A DNA stretch of 64,000 nt from Gemmatimonadales bacterium (GTDB lineage: Bacteria; Gemmatimonadota; Gemmatimonadetes; Gemmatimonadales; GWC2-71-9): contig DATBKD010000053.1 of assembly GCA_036556025.1 (NCBI GenBank), forward strand, positions 20,326-84,325, in the 5' to 3' direction. A program made the position numbers and the translations under genes. Of the stretch, positions 35,618 to 44,298 are shown piece by piece. The number at the start of each line of letters is the position of its first letter. The first letter of the stretch is position 1. The notes beneath the pieces are model-generated. The model was not told the origin of the DNA. It made no database searches and saw nothing but the letters and a program-made list of their open reading frames with translations.

Positions 35618-36870
35618 TTGCCGGAGGTCGTGCGGCGCTGCTGGCTCATCTGACGGAGCACGTCTTCGCCCCCCCGGTCAGCGCGTCCCTGACCCCGCGC
35701 CGGCTGGGCGCCGAGGTGGAGTTCATCCCGGTGGAGACCTCGACCGGGCGTCGGTGTCCCATCGAGACGGAAACGGGCCTCGGCACGCTTACCTTTCTTC
35801 GCCGCTTCGGCGGCAGGCAGGGATGGCGAGAGACTCGAACGTCCAAGGGAACCCCCTGCTTCCAGGTTGCCACAGGCGGGAACCTGACCTACGAGCCCGG
35901 CGGCCAGCTGGAGTACAGCTCGCCTCCATGTCACTCCGCGAGCAGTTTGCTTGCGGATTTGCGATCGGTGGTTCTGCCGCTCCGATCGGCCGCCGCGGGC
36001 GAGGGGATCACCCTGCTCGATGTCGGCATCGATCCGTTCAATACGATTTCGGGCGCTCCGCTCCTGGTGCATAGCGAGCGATACGACCGCATGGCGGAGT
36101 ATCTGGCACGGCGCAGTCCGGCTGGCGCCCGAATGATGCGTCAGACCGCGGCCTTCCAGATCAGCATCGATTTCGACGATGAGCCCTGGCTCCGCTGGCG
36201 AGTGCTCAACGCGGCGGCGCCCTATGTGGTCGCGATCTTTGCCAACTCAGCCGTCTACGCGGGAGAGCCCACCGGCTTGCAGAGCACCCGCGCCGATGTC
36301 TGGCGAACGCTGGACCCGACCCACACCGGCCTGCCCTATGACGCACGCTGTCCGGTGGAGGCGTATCTAGAGTTTGCATTGGCGGCCCCCGCCATGCTGC
36401 TGCCGACGGTGGATGGCGAATATCGTCCTTTCGGCGACTGGCTCGCCTGCGCCCGGCCGACCGCGGCGGAGTGGCACGATCATCTGAGCACGCTGTTCCC
36501 CGAGGTGCGGCCGCGGGGACATCTCGAGCTCCGCTCGGCGGACGCGGTTGCGCCGCAGTGGTACGCGGCCCCACTCGCCCTGGCAGTCGGCATTACCTAC
36601 GAGCCGGGAGCGCTACGCGCGGCAGCCGACCTGCTGGGACACGCCGATCTGGGCTTGCTGGAGCGGGCCGGCCGGCTGGGACTCCACGATCGGGCCATAG
36701 CGAGCACGGCCAGCCAGCTCGCGGAGATCGCCATCGCCGGGTGCGAGGGCCTGGGGCCCGGCTATTTCCACCCGAGCGACCTGGAGCAGGCGCGCGGGTT
36801 CTTTGAGCAGTACACCCGGAATGGCCGCGCGCCGGCGGATGACGTTGGGGGAGCGGAGAGGGCGGCGTAG
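35614..36870 (+). CDS. egtA: Glutamate-cysteine ligase family protein (EgtA-like, GCS2 family)
   Basis: LGAEVEFIPV, LTYEPGGQLEYSSPP. ATGA overlap with the egtD stop. Confidence 0.75.
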   Translation: MIAGGRAALLAHLTEHVFAPPVSASLTPRRLGAEVEFIPVETSTGRRCPIETETGLGTLTFLRRFGGRQGWRETRTSKGTPCFQVATGGNLTYEPGGQLEYSSPPCHSASSLLADLRSVVLPLRSAAAGEGITLLDVGIDPFNTISGAPLLVHSERYDRMAEYLARRSPAGARMMRQTAAFQISIDFDDEPWLRWRVLNAAAPYVVAIFANSAVYAGEPTGLQSTRADVWRTLDPTHTGLPYDARCPVEAYLEFALAAPAMLLPTVDGEYRPFGDWLACARPTAAEWHDHLSTLFPEVRPRGHLELRSADAVAPQWYAAPLALAVGITYEPGALRAAADLLGHADLGLLERAGRLGLHDRAIASTASQLAEIAIAGCEGLGPGYFHPSDLEQARGFFEQYTRNGRAPADDVGGAERAA

Positions 36871-36917
36871 GGCGGGAAGGACGGTAAGGGCGGCCTTGAC
36901 CGCCCTTACCGCCCTTA
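36867..36917. repeat. Nonamer-word inverted repeat: GTAGGGCGG GAAGGACGG TAAGGGCGG ccttga CCGCCCTTA CCGCCCTTA
   Basis: Read directly. The inner 9 bp are perfect. The egtA stop TAG (36868-36870) lies in the left arm and the stop of the convergent lipoprotein gene (36915-36917) lies in the right arm. Confidence 0.9.
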
Positions 36918-37820
36918 GGCCGCTGGCACAAAGCTCCGAATCGGATCCTCGCCGCACCCGGTCCAGACCGTCTTGATGTAGCTGCCGTCCGCCAGGGTCC
37001 AGTGAACCTCACCCGAAACGATCTTGCGGTCGGTCGTGCAGCTCGCATCCCACACGAGCGGCTCCGCCGTGGTCACCGTGAAGGTCCGGCTCCGCCCGTT
37101 CCGGCTCCAGATGAGCGTCCCGCTCTTGACGAACGTGCCGTCGGGAAGCGGCTGGCCTTCCGCCAGGCTCTCACCCTCCGCGGGGGTGAACGTGAGCAGC
37201 GTGTTGTGGCTCACCGTCGCATCGGCGCGGCCGGTGACGCTCCGCACCACGGTGATGTTGTTGGTGAGTGATGCCGAGGCTGCGTTCCCGGTGAGCGTAC
37301 GGGTTCCGTTCCGGACCGCGGTGAAGCTGCGCCGCTCATTGGGGCTCGTGAACCTGAACTGGAAGTCCGTCAGAGTCGCCTGATACGCAAAGTCGGGGCT
37401 GCTCGGAGTCGGATCGCTGAGCTCGATCGTTCCGGTGATCTCCAGCGTGCCGCCGCGGAAGCCGGTAAAGCTGCAGGCGGGGAGCGCAAAGGTAAGCGTT
37501 GCATGGTCCGGAGAGCCGTCTCCATCGCTGTCGGTGGTGTTGTCCACCGTCGCGCACGAGGCTCCCCGAGGGGGAAACCCCATGACCGACTCAGCTGCAG
37601 AACTCTGCACCGCCGCCCCGGCCTCCGCGCCGGAGATCGTCAGGGCATTGACCGACTGGTCGACCTCGTCAGCCGCGGCATCCCCGATATCCTCCACCTC
37701 GGCGGTGGGAATGGAGCCGTTGGAGCCGGGGTTCGTGGAATCGCTGCAGCCCGCGATCCCCAGGACCAGCAAGCTGCAGGCGAAGAGGGAGGCCGTGGAG
37801 GCCCATCGGGTTCGGCGCAT
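36915..37820 (-). CDS. Hypothetical lipoprotein
   Basis: Start MRRTRWASTASLFACSLLVLGIAGCSD (cat 37818-37820) with AAGGAG RBS. Lipobox IAGC. Confidence 0.7.
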   Translation of the reverse strand: MRRTRWASTASLFACSLLVLGIAGCSDSTNPGSNGSIPTAEVEDIGDAAADEVDQSVNALTISGAEAGAAVQSSAAESVMGFPPRGASCATVDNTTDSDGDGSPDHATLTFALPACSFTGFRGGTLEITGTIELSDPTPSSPDFAYQATLTDFQFRFTSPNERRSFTAVRNGTRTLTGNAASASLTNNITVVRSVTGRADATVSHNTLLTFTPAEGESLAEGQPLPDGTFVKSGTLIWSRNGRSRTFTVTTAEPLVWDASCTTDRKIVSGEVHWTLADGSYIKTVWTGCGEDPIRSFVPAA

Positions 37821-38074
37821 GGGTCGAGACTCCTTCTTGGGCAGAACGATTGGCTTGCGTGTGGGCTGCTGGGAAACTGGGCTGGTGGACGAGCCCGGCT
37901 TCGCTTCGTTAATCATGCCTCTGTGACCCGGCTCACCCCGATACTGCAGTTCTTCGTGTACCTTGCCTCGCCCATGAGGCAACAGGTGCCCCTCTCCGCG
38001 ATCGCTTAGCCATAAGTGATCCTCATGCCGGGCCGAGCTGGAGAGCCGGGCTATTCATATGAAGGAGATCGCCG

Positions 38075-38716
38075 ATGTCTCTTCCCAACGAACCGGATAC
38101 CACCGGCCGCACCGTGGTCGGGCTGTTCAACGACCGCAGGCATGCGGAGGCCGCCATTCGGGATCTGAAGGCAGCCGGGTTCACCGATGAGCAGATCGGG
38201 GTTGCGCTGCAGTCGACCGAGGGCGAAGCGCAGATCGTGGACCCGCAGGTTGGAGATGAAGGGCAGACCCATTCGGGCGAGTTTGCCGCCAAAGGCGCCG
38301 TGAGCGGCGGCGTGTTGGGAGGCCTGGTCGGGCTGCTCGGGTCGCTGCTCATTCCTGGATTCGGGCCAGTCGTCGTAGGAGGCGTACTCGCTTCGACCCT
38401 CACCGGAGCGGGACTGGGCGCGGCCGCCGGCGGGATTATCGGTGCCCTCACCGGCATGGGCGTTTCCGAGCAGGACGCGCAACACTTCGACTTGGGGCTG
38501 CGCGCCGGCGGCACGCTGCTCGCGGTCGGGGCCGGCAATCGAACCGATGAGGCGCTTGCCATTCTTCAGGGGCACGGCATCGACTTCGGCCCAAGCTGGC
38601 AGGGCGGGTTGGAACGTCGCGAGGTCCCCAGCCGAAAGCCCTACAGCGGCCCCGAGAGGCGTCTGCGACAGAGCACCGGCTATAGCGGCCCCGAGCGTCG
38701 CCTCATCGGCGTCTGA
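38075..38716 (+). CDS. General-stress-type protein with Gly-rich membrane-associating core and C-terminal YSGPERRL repeats
   Basis: N-terminal VVGLFNDRRHAEAAIRDLKAAGF (GSP17M-like). Gly-zipper middle. Duplicated YSGPERRL tail. GAAGGAGA RBS. Confidence 0.7.
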   Translation: MSLPNEPDTTGRTVVGLFNDRRHAEAAIRDLKAAGFTDEQIGVALQSTEGEAQIVDPQVGDEGQTHSGEFAAKGAVSGGVLGGLVGLLGSLLIPGFGPVVVGGVLASTLTGAGLGAAAGGIIGALTGMGVSEQDAQHFDLGLRAGGTLLAVGAGNRTDEALAILQGHGIDFGPSWQGGLERREVPSRKPYSGPERRLRQSTGYSGPERRLIGV

Positions 38717-38739
38717 TCTGAGAAGTCCTGTATCGCGAA

Positions 38740-38773
38740 GGGGAGGGCGCGTGGCGCTCTCCCCCTTTTTGTT
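38740..38773 (+). terminator. Rho-independent terminator
   Basis: GGGGAGGGCGC gtg GCGCTCTCCCC (11 bp with one G-U) followed by CTTTTTGTTG. Confidence 0.75.
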
Positions 38774-38808
38774 GGCAGATTACTAGAGCACACCACCAAG
38801 AGGTTTGA

Positions 38809-39777
38809 GTGAAGGCGATCCGAGTTGAGCAGCCGGGCGGGGCTGAGGTCTTGCGGCTCGAAGACGTCCCGATTCCCACGCCGGGTCCGGGCCAGGCCCT
38901 GATCAAGGTCGAAGCTGCCGGAGTGAATTTCATCGATATCTATCGCCGATCCGGAGCCTACCCGGTCACCTATCCGATTACTCCGGGCAGCGAGGCGGGT
39001 GGTACGGTCGAGGCCGTCGGCACCGGCGTCACCGTCGTGCGGCCGGGTGACCGGGTCGCCTCCTCCGACATGATCGGCGCCTATGCCGAGTATGCATTGG
39101 CCCCCGCCGACCGATTGGTGCCGCTTCCCGAGCGGGTGAGCGCGCGCGACGGCGCGGCCGCGATCCTCCAGGGCATTACCGCCCACTATCTCACGGCGTC
39201 CACTCACCGACTCAAACGGGGGGACACCTGCCTCGTGCATGCCGCCGCCGGCGGCGTTGGGCTCTTGATCTGCCAGATGGCCCGGCAACGCGGCGCTCGC
39301 GTGATCGGCACCGTGTCGACCGAGGAGAAGGCAACCCTGGCGCGCGAGGCGGGCGCAACCGACGTCATCCTCTACACCGAAGTCGATTTCGAAGTCGAGA
39401 CGAAACGACTGACCGACGGCGCCGGAGTGGAAGTGGTCTACGATTCGGTCGGCCGCACGACGTTCGCCAAGAGCCTCAACTGCCTTGCACGTCGGGGCGT
39501 CATGGTGCTCTTCGGTCAATCGAGCGGCCCGGTCGAGCCGTTCGACCCTCAGGTGCTGAACCGGAAGGGCTCGCTCTTTCTGACCCGCCCGACCATCGGC
39601 CACTACACCGCCACCCGGCGGGAGCTGCTGCAGCGCGCGTCCGCCGTGCTTCACGGTATCGCGGACGGCAACCTGTCGGTCCGCATCGGAGGCGAATTCC
39701 CTCTCGCCCAAGCCTCCGAGGCACACCGCCGGCTCGAGTCCCGCCGCACCACCGGCAAATTGCTCTTGCTGCCGTGA
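38809..39777 (+). CDS. NADPH:quinone oxidoreductase (zinc-type ADH superfamily)
   Basis: MKAIRVEQPGGAEVLRLEDVPIPTPGPGQALIKVEAAGVNFID, AAAGGVG cofactor site. GTG start. Confidence 0.85.
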   Translation: MKAIRVEQPGGAEVLRLEDVPIPTPGPGQALIKVEAAGVNFIDIYRRSGAYPVTYPITPGSEAGGTVEAVGTGVTVVRPGDRVASSDMIGAYAEYALAPADRLVPLPERVSARDGAAAILQGITAHYLTASTHRLKRGDTCLVHAAAGGVGLLICQMARQRGARVIGTVSTEEKATLAREAGATDVILYTEVDFEVETKRLTDGAGVEVVYDSVGRTTFAKSLNCLARRGVMVLFGQSSGPVEPFDPQVLNRKGSLFLTRPTIGHYTATRRELLQRASAVLHGIADGNLSVRIGGEFPLAQASEAHRRLESRRTTGKLLLLP

Positions 39778-40634
39778 GCCAGAACTTCCCGGCCCTGGTC
39801 TCGACCGAGTGGCTGGCGGCGCGGCTGAACCAGCCTGGGCTCAGGGTGCTGGACGGCTCCTGGTACTTGCCCAATAGTGGACGGGACCCCCGGGCCGAGT
39901 ATGCCGGAAGCCACATCCCGGGCGCGGTCTTCTTCGATCTGGACGCGACCAGCGACCAAACGACGTCGCTGCCTCACATGCTGCCGACTGAGGCGGACTT
40001 CGCCGAAGCAATGAGCCGGCTCGGGCTGCACGATAGCGACGCGCTCGTGGTATACGACGGATCGGGGGTGAACCTGAGCGCTCCCCGGGTGTGGTGGACC
40101 TTCCGCGTCTTCGGACATGAGGAGATTGCAGTCCTGGACGGAGGGTTCGGCAAGTGGGAGCGTGAGGGGCGCACCGTCGAATCCGGTCAGGTGCGACTGC
40201 CTCGAGGCCGCTTCTCCGCGCGGCTCGATCCGGCCAGGGTCCGGGATCTCGCCAGTATCCTGGGGAACATCGAGACCGGAGCCGAGCAGGTTCTGGATCT
40301 TCGCTCGCCGGGCCGGTTCGAGGGGACCGAGCCGGAGCCCCGGACCGGGCTTCGCGGCGGGCACATTCCCGGAAGCCGGAACCTGCCGTTTACCGAGCTG
40401 GTGACTTCGGAGGGCACCCTGCTCCCACGTGCTCGGCTGCGGGAGAAAATTGTGGCGTCTGGGACCGACCTCAGCCGGCCGATCGTGGCGACCTGCGGCT
40501 CAGGCACGAGTGCCTGCGCCCTGCTTCACGCACTTCATCTTCTCGGGCACCGCAACACCGCACTTTACGATGGCGCCTGGACCGAATGGGGAGGCCGGGA
40601 GGACACGCCGGTCGAGCGAGGGCCCGCCCGGTGA
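39774..40634 (+). CDS. 3-mercaptopyruvate/thiosulfate sulfurtransferase (tandem rhodanese)
   Basis: Two rhodanese domains. Active-site loop ATCGSGTSA. Confidence 0.85.
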   Translation: MSQNFPALVSTEWLAARLNQPGLRVLDGSWYLPNSGRDPRAEYAGSHIPGAVFFDLDATSDQTTSLPHMLPTEADFAEAMSRLGLHDSDALVVYDGSGVNLSAPRVWWTFRVFGHEEIAVLDGGFGKWEREGRTVESGQVRLPRGRFSARLDPARVRDLASILGNIETGAEQVLDLRSPGRFEGTEPEPRTGLRGGHIPGSRNLPFTELVTSEGTLLPRARLREKIVASGTDLSRPIVATCGSGTSACALLHALHLLGHRNTALYDGAWTEWGGREDTPVERGPAR

Positions 40635-42064
40635 AGCGCTCCGCCGTCGGCTTCGGCTGTATGGTCGCGTTCCTCCTGCCCTTCGCCGCGGTCGGCATAT
40701 TCACCGCGGTGCAGTGTGTTCGGTTCGCATCACAAAACAACTGGAGTCAGGCAGGCTTCTTCGCCATCTTCGCGCTGACGTTCGGCGGGGTGGGCGTAGG
40801 CGGAATCGCGGCCGCGTTCGCCGGGCGCCGCAAACTGGCCGACATCGAGGCGCTGGAGCAGAAGAATCCGGCGGCACCGTGGCTCTGGCGCCCGGACTGG
40901 GCGGCGGGGCGGGTGGACGATTCCACCCGAGCCACGATGTGGTTTGCCTGGAGCTTTGCCACCCTCTGGAATCTGATCGGCTTTCCCCTCGGCATTCTGG
41001 CTGCCCGGGCGGCCTTGCGTGAGAACAAGCCCGGTGGCTACGTCGCCCTGATCTTTCCGCTCGTGGGCATCGGGCTACTGGTGTGGGCGCTGCGCGCGAC
41101 CATCCGCTGCCGCCGGTTCGGCGTCTCCCGGCTGGAGCTCACGACTCGCCCCGGGGTCATAGGGCACAGCCTGGCCGGAACCGTGCGGACCACCACCACG
41201 CTGCGGCCGGCCGAAGGATTTCAGGTCTGCCTGCGCTGCATTCGACGGGTCACCAGTGGAACCGGCGACAATCGGTCCACGTCGGAGTCCACCCTGTGGC
41301 AGGAGGAAGCCACGGTCCAGGGCCAGGTGAGCCGTGACGCGAGTGGTATGGGCACCGCGATTCCGGTGGCCTTCGCCATTCCGACGGACGCCATTCCCTG
41401 TGACGACCGGGATTCGAACAACAGAGTCCTCTGGCGGCTCGAGCTGGCCGCTGGTGTTCCCGGGGTGGATTACGCCGCCAGCTTTGAGGTGCCGGTCTTC
41501 CGCACGGAGTTGAGCGGTCAGCCGCCGACGGCGGCCGAGGCTGCTCTCAAGGTGAGTGTGGATGTCGAGACCTACCATCAACCAGTCGGCTCCCGCATCG
41601 AGGTCCGCACCACCCGGCGGGGAACCGACATTGTGTTTCCAGCCGCGAGGAACCCTGGTGCCGCACTGGGTCTGACCGCCTTCGTGATGATCTGGAGCGT
41701 GGCAGTGTGGTTTCTGGTTCACTTCCGCGCGCCGGTCATTTTCCCCATCGTCTTCGGCGTGTTCGAGCTGCTGCTGCTCTGGTTCGTGCTGGAGCTCTGG
41801 CTTCGGGTATCTCGGGTATCCGTGGGAGATGGCAGACTGACGGTTGCGAGCGGTTACCTCTTTCCGGGAAGGGAGCAAAGCTGGGCGGCGTCGGAAATCG
41901 ACGATGTCACGACCAAGATTTCGATGCAGGCTGGAGGGACGCCCTACTACGACGTCGTAGCAATCACCAAGAGCGGCAGCAAATTGACCGCCGGCCACTC
42001 GGTCCGCGACAAGCACGAAGCCGAGTGGCTGGCTGCCAGCATCAAACGCGCCTTGCACCCCTAG
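40631..42064 (+). CDS. Hypothetical polytopic membrane protein with a soluble C-terminal (PH-like?) domain
   Basis: GTGA overlap start. At least 6 hydrophobic segments. No family confidently recognised. Confidence 0.6.
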   Translation: MKRSAVGFGCMVAFLLPFAAVGIFTAVQCVRFASQNNWSQAGFFAIFALTFGGVGVGGIAAAFAGRRKLADIEALEQKNPAAPWLWRPDWAAGRVDDSTRATMWFAWSFATLWNLIGFPLGILAARAALRENKPGGYVALIFPLVGIGLLVWALRATIRCRRFGVSRLELTTRPGVIGHSLAGTVRTTTTLRPAEGFQVCLRCIRRVTSGTGDNRSTSESTLWQEEATVQGQVSRDASGMGTAIPVAFAIPTDAIPCDDRDSNNRVLWRLELAAGVPGVDYAASFEVPVFRTELSGQPPTAAEAALKVSVDVETYHQPVGSRIEVRTTRRGTDIVFPAARNPGAALGLTAFVMIWSVAVWFLVHFRAPVIFPIVFGVFELLLLWFVLELWLRVSRVSVGDGRLTVASGYLFPGREQSWAASEIDDVTTKISMQAGGTPYYDVVAITKSGSKLTAGHSVRDKHEAEWLAASIKRALHP

Positions 42065-42534
42065 TGCGCTGGAGGGGCAAGGTTTCCGCAGGCGACAATG
42101 GTGCCCATGTTGGTCGATGAGGCATGCACGTTGACGAAGTACTGCCCGTTTTTCGGCTCCGGCAAGGGCAATTTTGCCTCCGACTCGGCGTCACCGCCGC
42201 GACCCACCTTCAGAATACCATAGGCGTCCGGCGGGCCGAGGATACCACCGTCCTGACCGCACTGGCCCCGATGGACATGCCACGGATGGGCTCCACCGGG
42301 CGCGGCATTGGAAATGGCCACGTGGACGACCGTCTGACTCGTGTCCTTCATGTCCGGCTCCATCCAGGCGGTACCCTTGACCTGAACCGCGCCGGCAAGG
42401 CCCGTCGGGGTGGCCAGAGTGGCATTCCATCGCTCCGGCGCGGGCATGGCCGCCGGGCTGATCTCCACAGCTTTATGGCAACCGGCCAGGGTAAGGCCGC
42501 ATAGGACGAGCCCTACTGTGCCAGGCAGTTTCAT
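42061..42534 (-). CDS. Lipoprotein with Cu/Zn-superoxide-dismutase-like motif (tentative)
   Basis: Signal plus lipobox LTLAGC. HPWHVHRGQCG resembles the HxHxH...C region of SodC-like proteins. Confidence 0.55.
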   Translation of the reverse strand: MKLPGTVGLVLCGLTLAGCHKAVEISPAAMPAPERWNATLATPTGLAGAVQVKGTAWMEPDMKDTSQTVVHVAISNAAPGGAHPWHVHRGQCGQDGGILGPPDAYGILKVGRGGDAESEAKLPLPEPKNGQYFVNVHASSTNMGTIVACGNLAPPAH

Positions 42535-42620
42535 ATATCCTCCACTGAGCGAAGTGACGCGTCGCTATATGGCGGGATATCAGCCCCCGCTGCGGTGACG
42601 AACGACACAGGGCAGCGAGA

Positions 42621-44288
42621 CTATTTCGGTTTGCGGACCCCGCACGCCCGCAGGACCTGACGGGGGGCGGGATAGTTGGGAAAGAGTGCTTCGGCGGCCT
42701 CGGCGTGGGGGCGGGCGCGGTCGCACCGGCCGGACGCTCGCCAGCTCTGGGCCAGCAACATGTGGATCCGGTAGCTCCCGGGGTCGACCCGGGAGGCTCG
42801 TTCCATGGCCGTGCGCTCGCCTCTGCTGAAGAGGCTCATCGCCACCACCTGCGCGCTGCTTCGCCAGAGAAAGAGGGCGCCCAGCGCGGCCGCTGCCAGG
42901 ATCAGATACCGCCGCGAGTCGCGGGTGAGTCGGATCTCCCGAATCGGGCGGGCGGACGACGCGAGCGTACCCACGATGACCCAACCGAAGAGGGTATTCA
43001 CCGGCAGCAGCAGCACCGCGTCGAACAGTCCAACCGTACCGATCGCAATCAGGGTGGCGACGATGGCAAGGTCGGCCAGCGCTGGACTTTCCCGCGGGCC
43101 GCGGCGCACTCTGGCCCAGGCACCCAGCGCCAACGAGCCACCGACCAGGATGAGGAGAATCGGTGCGAGAAAGCCACGCTCGCCCAGCATGGCCATCCAG
43201 TCACTGCTGGGCCAGGGATTGGTGGGGATGATGTCGCGGAGGTGGAACGAAGGGTCATTCGGGGACATGAACCGGGGGTAGGCGACCGGCCAGTTGCCCG
43301 GACCGACCCCCAGGACGGGATGCCGCAGCGCCATCGCCAGCGTGTTGCGGTACTGGATCATGCGACCCCGGCCACTCCCCTCGCGGTAGTTGGCGACCCC
43401 GGTCAGCGAGTCGAGGTAGGGCGAAGCCGATCGCCAGCTGAGACGGTTGGGCAGGATCAGGGAAAGCACCAACCCAGCCGCGGCTGCCGTGGTCAACCGC
43501 AGCACCCGTTTCCGCAGGCGCTCATCCGCCCAGAGCCGGCCGACCCACAGACCCTCCACGGCCAGAAACGCACCGCACACCCCCGCGCCTACCCAGGCGG
43601 CACGGGAGCGGGAAAGAATCAGGGCGGCCGCCGCGAGCATGACGCCCATGGATCCAAGCGCGAAGCCCGCCCGACTTCGAGCTTCCAGCGAGACCAGCAG
43701 GAGGACAGGCAGGCCAATGGTGACCAGATGAGCCATGAAGTTCCGGTTCCCGAAGGTGCCCCCGGGAGCGCGACTCAGGCTGGCGAAGCTGGTCGTGATC
43801 AAGCCGTAGGCCTGAGCCAGCGCCGTGAGCGAGCCCAGCACGACGGCCACCGCAAGCCCAACGAGGAGGGCCTGACTCCGGCCGGCGCGAGCAAGCGTTC
43901 GGCCGCACCAGAACAGCACCGCACCCGAGAGGCTCACTCCCAGAGCTCGGAACCCGAGCCATCGGTTGTCCGCCAACAGGGTCGATAGGAGAGACAGAGC
44001 CAGAAAGGCGATCAGGGGAGCGTCCACCATGAAGACCGTCAGCCGGCGGGCAAAGGCGAGGCAGAGCAGGGCGGTGGTAAGAGCGGCAAGGTGCAGCACC
44101 AGCTCCTTTACCACGGTGAAGCGATCCAACTCGAAGAGCTGATAGGGGAGGACCGCGAGCACGATCAGAACGGCGGCCACCTGGAGCACCAGGACGGCGG
44201 TGCCGCTCAGGGTGGTCGCATCGGTGAGGATCGGCGAGGTGACCCTGAAGGAGACGGTTTGCTCCCGCGCGGCGGGCTTCCCGGACAC
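42621..44288 (-). CDS. O-antigen ligase/polymerase family membrane protein (Wzy_C-like) with C-terminal TPR-like tail
   Basis: About 10 TM segments. The GTFGNRNFMAH loop is typical of the family. Preferred start is GTG 44288 (GAGGAG RBS, just after the upstream stop). The longest ORF reaches 44378. Confidence 0.75.
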   Translation of the reverse strand: MSGKPAAREQTVSFRVTSPILTDATTLSGTAVLVLQVAAVLIVLAVLPYQLFELDRFTVVKELVLHLAALTTALLCLAFARRLTVFMVDAPLIAFLALSLLSTLLADNRWLGFRALGVSLSGAVLFWCGRTLARAGRSQALLVGLAVAVVLGSLTALAQAYGLITTSFASLSRAPGGTFGNRNFMAHLVTIGLPVLLLVSLEARSRAGFALGSMGVMLAAAALILSRSRAAWVGAGVCGAFLAVEGLWVGRLWADERLRKRVLRLTTAAAAGLVLSLILPNRLSWRSASPYLDSLTGVANYREGSGRGRMIQYRNTLAMALRHPVLGVGPGNWPVAYPRFMSPNDPSFHLRDIIPTNPWPSSDWMAMLGERGFLAPILLILVGGSLALGAWARVRRGPRESPALADLAIVATLIAIGTVGLFDAVLLLPVNTLFGWVIVGTLASSARPIREIRLTRDSRRYLILAAAALGALFLWRSSAQVVAMSLFSRGERTAMERASRVDPGSYRIHMLLAQSWRASGRCDRARPHAEAAEALFPNYPAPRQVLRACGVRKPK

Positions 44289-44298
44289 GTCGCTCTCC

